Source: Blasia pusilla
Lineage: Eukaryota
Direction: 5' to 3'
Length of the DNA: 64,000 bases
NCBI GenBank assembly: GCA_050084515.1
Contig: CM114271.1
Span: 9,858,001-9,922,000, forward strand
The stretch's first letter is position 1. Each line of letters starts with the position of its first letter. Of the stretch, positions 56,401 to 64,000 are shown piece by piece. A program made the position numbers and the translations under genes. The notes beneath the pieces were generated by a model. The model searched no databases. It was not told the origin of the DNA and saw nothing but the letters and a program-made list of their open reading frames with translations.

Positions 56401-58024
56401 AGTCCATACCAACATTTCAATAAAATAAAATGACTACATGAGTTGTCAACTATAACTGAATGGAGTATATTTTGGTGCATTTTGATAGGATATTCTGAAC
56501 TTTTGCACACCAACCATGACTAAAGGAGTCGTTGGTGGTAACTAGAAAAATATACACATATGACTAGATGAGTCGTACTCAAGTCCACATCATCATTGAC
56601 ATGTCACAACAATAGTCCATGTCATCAGTGACACATCATACTGAATAGTCCATGTCACTGATGATGTGTGATTATTCCACGTCATCTAAGTGACATGTCA
56701 GTCATGGCCTCATGACTACACCCTCGAGTCATATACCAACCTCCACCTAATCTGACTATCCTAGTTAGCCTAGTCGCCAAACAAATATGACTTGGCTTTT
56801 GTGTCTAAAGTAGTCGTCAATCATTGTTAGTCATGGTATCTAAAGTATGACTTATATGAGTTATATAACCTAGTCATAAAACCAAGGATTTCTTCTAGTG
56901 AGCTAAGGGACGCACCTTGAGGAATTTACTCATGCGCTCTTGTTTAGGCGAGTGATTTGGAGAGATTAGTCAAGGATCAAGGAAGAGGCTTCATAGGGAG
57001 ATGCTATGTACTTGGGAAGACTTGACTAGCTTAGCACTTGGAGGCTTCTCGATTACCTATAATATGTGCAACCGGTTGAGTCTTTGGGACTCCAACTAAG
57101 TATTTTGCAAAGTTCAAGGTTGGGAGAGCTTCAAGATGAAGCTAGGGGAAGTGGAGTACGGAATTTTTGATGTGGGATGAGAGCAAATCACCAAATAGGC
57201 CACAGTAAGTAAGCGATTTTGATAGCTGCGATCGACATAGCCAAAGATGGGGACAAGCCCCATAGGGATAGGAAGAAGGTCATGGATCTTGAACCATCAC
57301 AAATTGGGGAAGTTTGGAGGGATGTGGAATATGAGCCCATTGATCTTGAACTCCCATAGGAATTTGAGAATATAGGTGAATGCAATGAGTTACCCGATCA
57401 AAATGAGGGTTTGGGGGATGAAACGCCAATCGGTAAAAACTCCCAGCCCAAGACTTTTGGCGATTTGTTGGAGGAACTAGACCTTGGAGGGGGAAAACGC
57501 CCATATGGGTGAGCCCAAGGAGTTATCTCAGATGGAGAAGAAGGTTTGCAAGCAATCTCGAAAGAAGGTCACCGAGGTTTAACTCCTCATGAGTTTCTAT
57601 AAGGTTCAGTGCACCGTCTTTGAGGCGTTTTTCACGTATTTGAGGATGGATAGAGGAGTTTATGGTAGAGTGCCTTCAAGGATATTGGAGGGCAGTCTCA
57701 TGAGGTCGAGGATGACCTACTAAGGCCGTGGGTAACCTCGGAGAGTAGTTTTCCCCTTCGTTACGGCTCATTTGGAGATATATATAGAAAAGCTTACTAT
57801 TTCAAGTAAGTTTCTATTATATGTTGAGTTAAATTTCCACTTTGGGAAGTGGCCCTTGACCCCCTACAGCAAGTCAAGAGCTAAGGAGGTGACTTGCGAG
57901 CATAGGTTATCATGGTGAGAGCTTGGGAGAGGAAAGGGGGTATACCCATGGAGAGAGAGCTTTGGGGCTCATTCTTTCTTTGTTGAACCTCTTGGCATGA
58001 CGCGGAGAAACTATGGTCCTCCTT

Positions 58025-61000
58025 TGTCGCGACCCTCATGACCAAACAAGTGCCAAGCGGAACATCGGAACATTAGCGGGCTCACGTTAAGATGGTTTGC
58101 GCGTTGGAGTTGTCTCAAGGAGGAGACAAGAGACGAGACGCGAGCGAGAAGTCGCGTTTCAGATGTGATGGTCGCGACTCAGAAACCTGGACCAAACGCG
58201 GAATGAGACTTGAAAGAAGTCGAGTCTAGGAAGTGGGTTGCCAAAAGGAAGATCCGTATTAGGAACGCCACTAGCGTTTGAGAGTTTCCGACTGTATTTA
58301 TGGCCATAACTTTTAGCTCCGAGATGCGTTTGGAGCAGATAAGGGTGCGTTGCAAAGCTTATAGAGAGCCGGTCCAAACGCACTAAAGATCGCTGCAAAT
58401 GCATAAGCAACGGCCGAGATACGACCCAAAAACGACTGTAAGTGGAGTCGGGTTGAGGGCCACAATGAAGGGCCCGACCCTCTTTTCCCAAAGGGGAGGG
58501 GTTATTGGAGAACCCCAGAAGTACTAGTAAGGGGGAAGGTCTCCGAGAGTGCTTGGAACCCAAACCCCACTTTGGGCGCCGCGGGGCGGCTCAAGGGCAT
58601 GGAACGGAACGCGAGTTTGGGCGTTGGGTTGGAAAACCTGCACCAAGTCCATTGAGGCGATTTTAGACATCCCTCTTGGATTTCACGCCGTGACTCAATT
58701 ACTTGGGTCTCGGTTCGGAACTCACATGAGGACCGTTGAACAGTTGGGATCGCTAGGCATGCAAGTGCCGTTTCAGATCCCTGGACTAACTAGGAAGTCT
58801 CTTCCAAGTCTTGAAGGACTTGCCATGTTTTGGAAGCTAGGAACTAAGGAAGGTTGAGCTTGATGAGACGCCGAGTCGAGGACTCGGTGGGTTGGAACGC
58901 CGGTTGGCCCAGACCCGACTAACGAGAGTGCGTGTTTGGGTGTAGATTGGCGATGAGTTCGTGACCTCATCGAACGCGACGCTTCCGCAACACTAAAGAT
59001 TGACGTTCAACGAGAGTAGGGGCGCGACAAGTGGTATCAGAGCTTATCCTTGGTGAGCGAGAACTTGGGGTCGTGGGATCAGCCGGACGCTTGGGAAATT
59101 TCAAGGTAGCGGCTAGACTCAGACGCTCGAGGAGGGACGCAAGAAACGAGGAGGAGATCTGAGTGAGTTGGCTTGGAGATGGCGATCGAGGGAGAACAAC
59201 CCAAGAAGCGCCGAATCAGCGGCGTGAACGAGAGAGGAACCAATGTCGGACCGTGAAGCTATAGAGAGACGGAGACTCCCAAGAGCTGAACGCGATCATG
59301 AGGGCGTCAGGCGACTCCTTCGCGGGGCAGTGGGCCCAAACTCGGGAAAGGACGGAGTCGAGCCAGGACGTTGGACTTGTTGAAGGTGTTGGTGGAGCAG
59401 ATGTCCCAATAAAGCAAGTGGATTGCAGAGTTAGAGGCCACTCGAAACCCGAAAAGTGCGGGCAAAAACTCTGCAAGACGAACCGCCACGCCATTCACGG
59501 AGTGGGGCGCCATGAAAGTGAAGGATCTCCTACTAAATCGAATCGTACTTTGAGGCGCAGAGGGGCTGCCGAGCAGACAAGGTGACGGTAGCCGTTACTT
59601 TCTGAAGGATCATGCTCTACAATGGTGGACCGCTCAACGAGAGGAATATCTGGGCGGCCAGTCACCTCTGAGTTGGGAGGAGTTCAAGGAGTTGATTGGG
59701 GATCGGTTCACTCCGGAGTACCAAGAGTTGCGTGACACGGTGGAATGCGCGGATGCGGCGAGTGGTTCCTTGCGCGTATGTGAGGGAGTTTAGTGCGAAA
59801 CTGACTTCTAGTCCGAAGATGGATGAGCACGCGAAGAAGGCTATCTTCATTAGTGGACTCAAGCCGAGCGCTGAAAAGGCCCTTTACCGAATGCCGACGT
59901 TGCCAGAGACCTACGCGGACCTTCTGAAGCTAGCGGAGCGGATTGGGGACGATGAGGTCCAAACCCAGAAACCCTTCGAGTCAAAAGTGTTTTCGAAGAA
60001 GTCGAAAAATAAGGAGGCGTTCAAAAGAGGCTGGAGTGGGGGCCAAGACAAACCAGGAGAGTAAATGCCGCCCGGCAAAGAAAACGAGTGGAACTTCATG
60101 CCAAGTTTAAAGGAGGACAACACTCAAAGACAGAAACGGCAAGGTTGCATGCTACAACCGGGGCGAACCGGGCACTGTCGAGAGGGTGTTCAAACCGAAG
60201 GTTAGTAATGGGAGTATGATTGCGCGTTTTTGCTAAGCATCTGTTTGGGCGATATCGAGACGTCCCTTCAAGTCACCAAGAGGACGCACAATTTGGTGTA
60301 CCTAAGATCCAAGATTGCTGATCGCGATGTGTTGTTGCTCGTGGATACAGTGCTTTGCACTCCTTCCTAAGCCCGAGAATCGTGAAAGGCGGGGCTATCT
60401 ACCTCTAAGGCGGACGAGCCCATTCGAGTGGGATTTGCAGGAGGCAAGTCTCATCGGACTTGATTTGGTCTTGGGTTTGAAGAGGATGCGGGGTATTCGA
60501 GTTGAAAGAGAATTTCCAGATGCGAAATGGACGGCATTGACGGAGTTTTGGGAATACATTCCTAGATGCGTATGAGGTGGAGTTAAGACGCCGACCATTG
60601 AGGTTGAGCGTCTTGCTAAAAGGCAACGGTTACAAAGTGCGGTTGGTCCGTGAGGTTCCAGCGAAGATGGAGTTGGTGAACTCGATCACAAGGAGGAGCA
60701 TGACTGAGTTGGAGGATGGATTTTCTACGCTTGATGAGACAAGTGGAGGAGGCTACAAGCAATATACGCAGAGATCGTGACGCCATTTGCTTCAAGGGGA
60801 ATCCAGAACCACTCGAGGAAGTGGTCAAGGAGTTTGAGGATGTCTTGACAAATGAGCTTCGACTGAATTTCCGCCATAGAGCCGTAGATCATAAGATAGA
60901 GATCATACCGGTTCCCAACCACCTTCAAAAGCACCATATAGGTTGAATCAAGAGGAACTTCTTGAGTTGAAAAAGTGATTAAGTGAGCTCTTGGAAAAGG

Positions 61001-64000
61001 GTTACATTAGGACTAGCAAGTCACCTTATGGAGCACCTGTTCTCTTTGTAAAGAAGAAGGATGGAAAGATGAGGTGTGTGTTGATTACGCGCAAGACTGA
61101 AAAAAGTGACGGTTCGAACAATTATCCTCTTCCAAGGATAGATGATCTCTTTGATAGGTGGCAAGCGCGAGATATTTCAGTAGGATTGACTTGAAGTCAG
61201 GATATTACAGATTCGATTGCCGAGCGGATGTGGAGAAGCTGCGTGCGGGGCGAGATACGGTTCCTTTGAGTTTGTAGTGATGCCTTTCGGTCTATGTAAC
61301 GCGCCTCCGACGTTCACCACATTGATGAACTCCATTTTTCACAAGGAAATGGATGAGTATGTTATCATCTATATCGATGACATACTTATCTATTCGAAGT
61401 CACTAGAGGAGCACGTTCGACATGTGAGAGCGGTCTTGTCTAAGCTAAGGGCAAATCATTTTGTATGCAAATGTAGAGAAGAGCGAATTTGGTTTGAGTA
61501 AGATCAAATTCTTGGGTCACGTGGTCGGTCTGAGATGGTGTCGACCGGACATGGAAAAGGTAAAGCGATTTTGAGTGGGAACCCCATCCAATGTAAAGGG
61601 GATGAGGAGGTTCATAGGTGTGGTGCAATTTTATCGTACTTACGTGAAAAACTTTTCGGGAATTGTGAGACCTCTCACGGATTGGACAACAAAGTTTGCC
61701 AACACGACTTGGACCCAGGAAGTTAATGAGGCATTCAACCGAGTGAAGCAGATTCTATCGCAGGAACCAGTGTTAAAGCTGTCGGAGTTTGACAAACCGT
61801 TCGAAGTGCATACCGATGCTAGTGATTTCGTGATTTGAGGAATGTTGGTGCAAGAAGGAGACCGGTGGCATATGAGAGCAAGAAGCTTAGCGACACTGAA
61901 AGGAGATGGCCTACTCATGAAAAAGAGTTGTTCACGGTGGTACATTGCTTGAGGAAGTGGCGGCATTATCTAGGGCTCCACAGGACTCGAGTATTCACCG
62001 ATAATATATCACTCAAGTATTTTGAGACCCAGGATCGAGTGACACCGAAACAACTATGGTGGCATGATACCTTGGCGTTGATGGATGTAGAGTTGATCCA
62101 CAAGCCAGGTAAAGATAATGTGATTCCGGATCGTTAAGTCGCAAGGAGGAACACATGCCATCGGCGACCACTGGTCTTGAGAGCAATGTTCCCTAAGGAA
62201 ACAGATCTGGAGAGAAGGATTCGTGAAGGATATATGAAGGATGCTCAAGCAGGGAATACCGAGGAAGTTGAAGCAGGGTGAGAAGGTGGCCAACATAAGT
62301 TTGAGGCACGGTTTACTAAGGTTCAAACACGTAGGATCTATGTAGGGCAAGGCAGAATCGAACCAAGGTGTTAGCGGAATGTCACGACGGGCCCTTGGCG
62401 GGACATAAAGGAGAGAAATCTACGCTAGCTATTCTGTCGAAGCGGTTCTTTTGGCCCAACATGAAGGAGGATGTTGCTCAATATGTGAAGACCTGTGTGA
62501 CTTGCCAAGCGAATAGAGTCTCTTATGATAAGAAACAGGGCTTGTTGCATCCCTTGCCGATCCCGAAGGACCCTTGCAAAGTGTGAGTATGGATTTCATC
62601 ACGAGTCTTCCGAATCTGGGGATACAACGCTATACTTGTGATTGTTGATCGGTTTAGCAAGTTGGCAAGATTCGTGCCGACGGTGGATTCACTGAACGGC
62701 GATCTGACGCGCAACTATTCCTCGATAGCTGGTGGCGTGCTCATGGTTTGCCGAGGAGCATTGTTTCAGATCGGGATCCAAAGTTTACCGATGCTCGAAG
62801 CATTTGTTCGAAGGTTTAAGACCAAGCTGAGTTTTGACGGCTTTCCACCCACGCAGGCGGATGGACAGATCGAAAAGGTAAACTCGTCGTGAATCAGTAC
62901 TTGAGGAATTATGTCACTGCTGATCAACGCGATTGGGTCAGGTGGTTGAGCATGGCGGAATATTGCTACAACTCGACCAAGCATTTTGCAACTGGAGAAT
63001 CTCCGTTTCTCTTGGCAAATGGACGAGAGCCAGAAGGGCCTCTTGATCTAGCCCTTTCAAAGGGTACTACATTGGCACGAACACGACAAGCGACGGCAGA
63101 AAGTTTGTTGGTAGAGATGCGACAACGAGAAGAGAGCGCGAGGCGAAGTCTTGCAAAGGCTCAAAGGAGGTACGTTAAGCATGCTAATAAGAGTCGGTGC
63201 CAAGTACGATTCCAAGTTGGAGAACAAGTGTGGTTGAGTGTGAAGAATCTCACTCTTCCGAAAGAGTTGTCTGCGAAGCAGTCTGCCAAGTATGCTGGAT
63301 CGTATGTGATTGTGGCAAACCCGTTTGAGGATGTGTATACGTTGAGGCTGACGGACGAGTTCAAGATTCACCCGACCTTTCATGTGTCATTGTTGAAGAA
63401 ATATCTTCAAGATAATGGACGTTTCGAGCGGAGACAGGTGGTGAGACCGCACCCGGTCATCGTAAATGAGGAGCCGGAGTTCGAGGTGGAGACCATCTTA
63501 CGTTCGAGGCGTCGGGCCAACAAGTATGAATACTTGGTCAAATGGAAGGGCTACCATGTGAAGGAGGCGACTTGGATTGCGGAGGCGGATTTGGAACACG
63601 CGCAAGAGTTGCTGCGTGACTTCAAGCGAACACAAGCGAAGCACATACGTTAGTACGAGGAGGAGCTAGAGACATGACTTGTAACCAGTGGATTCTTGGG
63701 CCGAAGGCCGTTGTAACTAGAATATGCTAGGGTTGCAATAAAGGAGTGTATGGATTTGGAGATTCGATACCAGTGTTGATTGCAATTTGTATGTGGTAGT
63801 GCATGGCTATGAGTCGTTCATCATAAGCTTAGAATGTACGACAAGAGGATAGACAAGGAGTATTTGAGGTGAGAGCTCGTATGTGGATAAGCACCTAGAA
63901 CAGGACCTTGTGTTGGATGACACTCGGGCTCGCCCTAGCGTCGGCGGGGCAGATGAAGTCTGTCTTGGGGCTTGGGGTGATCTTACTTGTGGCCACATAA
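58025..64000 (+). mobile_element. Second chromodomain Ty3/gypsy element, related to element 1; 3' LTR lies beyond the window
   Basis: LTR 58025-59029 (TGTCGCGACC...GCGCGACA), PBS TGGTATCAGAGC at 59032-59043, and a frameshifted gag-pol at ~59179-63653 ending in EFEVETIL...YEYLVKWKGYHVKEATW. Confidence 0.95.

Noticed and set aside
56904-58024. Possible decayed LTR-element relic (similarly 7620-8180)
   Set aside because: No termini, PBS or protein motif could be supported by eye.

Overview
Repeat-rich land-plant genomic DNA, probably from a non-seed plant (inference only). One intact host gene is present: a 5-exon TRM/LONGIFOLIA-family gene (572-5619). The rest is nested transposons. A full-length chromodomain Ty3/gypsy element (8239-15648, TSD GTTTA) sits inside an older antisense LTR of its own family. 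A Ty1/copia element (16207-42119, TSD CGTGT) is split in its RT by a 20.6-kb insertion. A 14.75-kb CACTA element with no recognisable transposase (42148-56900, TSD AGC) carries ARIADNE, peroxidase, coiled-coil and RelA/SpoT-HD fragments plus two LINEs in (GA)n tracts. A second gypsy copy runs off the window end. The standout is the 20.6-kb insertion (20385-40973), a giant imperfect palindrome of two ~10-kb arms. Each arm encodes a Mutator-like transposase with a GCM/WRKY-like zinc finger and, divergently, a 4-exon gene fusing a ParB/Srx-like domain (WDGNHR) to a prokaryote-type beta-class N4/N6 DNA-methyltransferase-like domain. The non-coding parts of both arms carry dozens of copies of a 27-bp palindrome (GCAACCCGTCGGA-N-TCCGACGGGTTGC), partly in phased arrays. 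All family calls come from motif recognition by eye; no searches were run.
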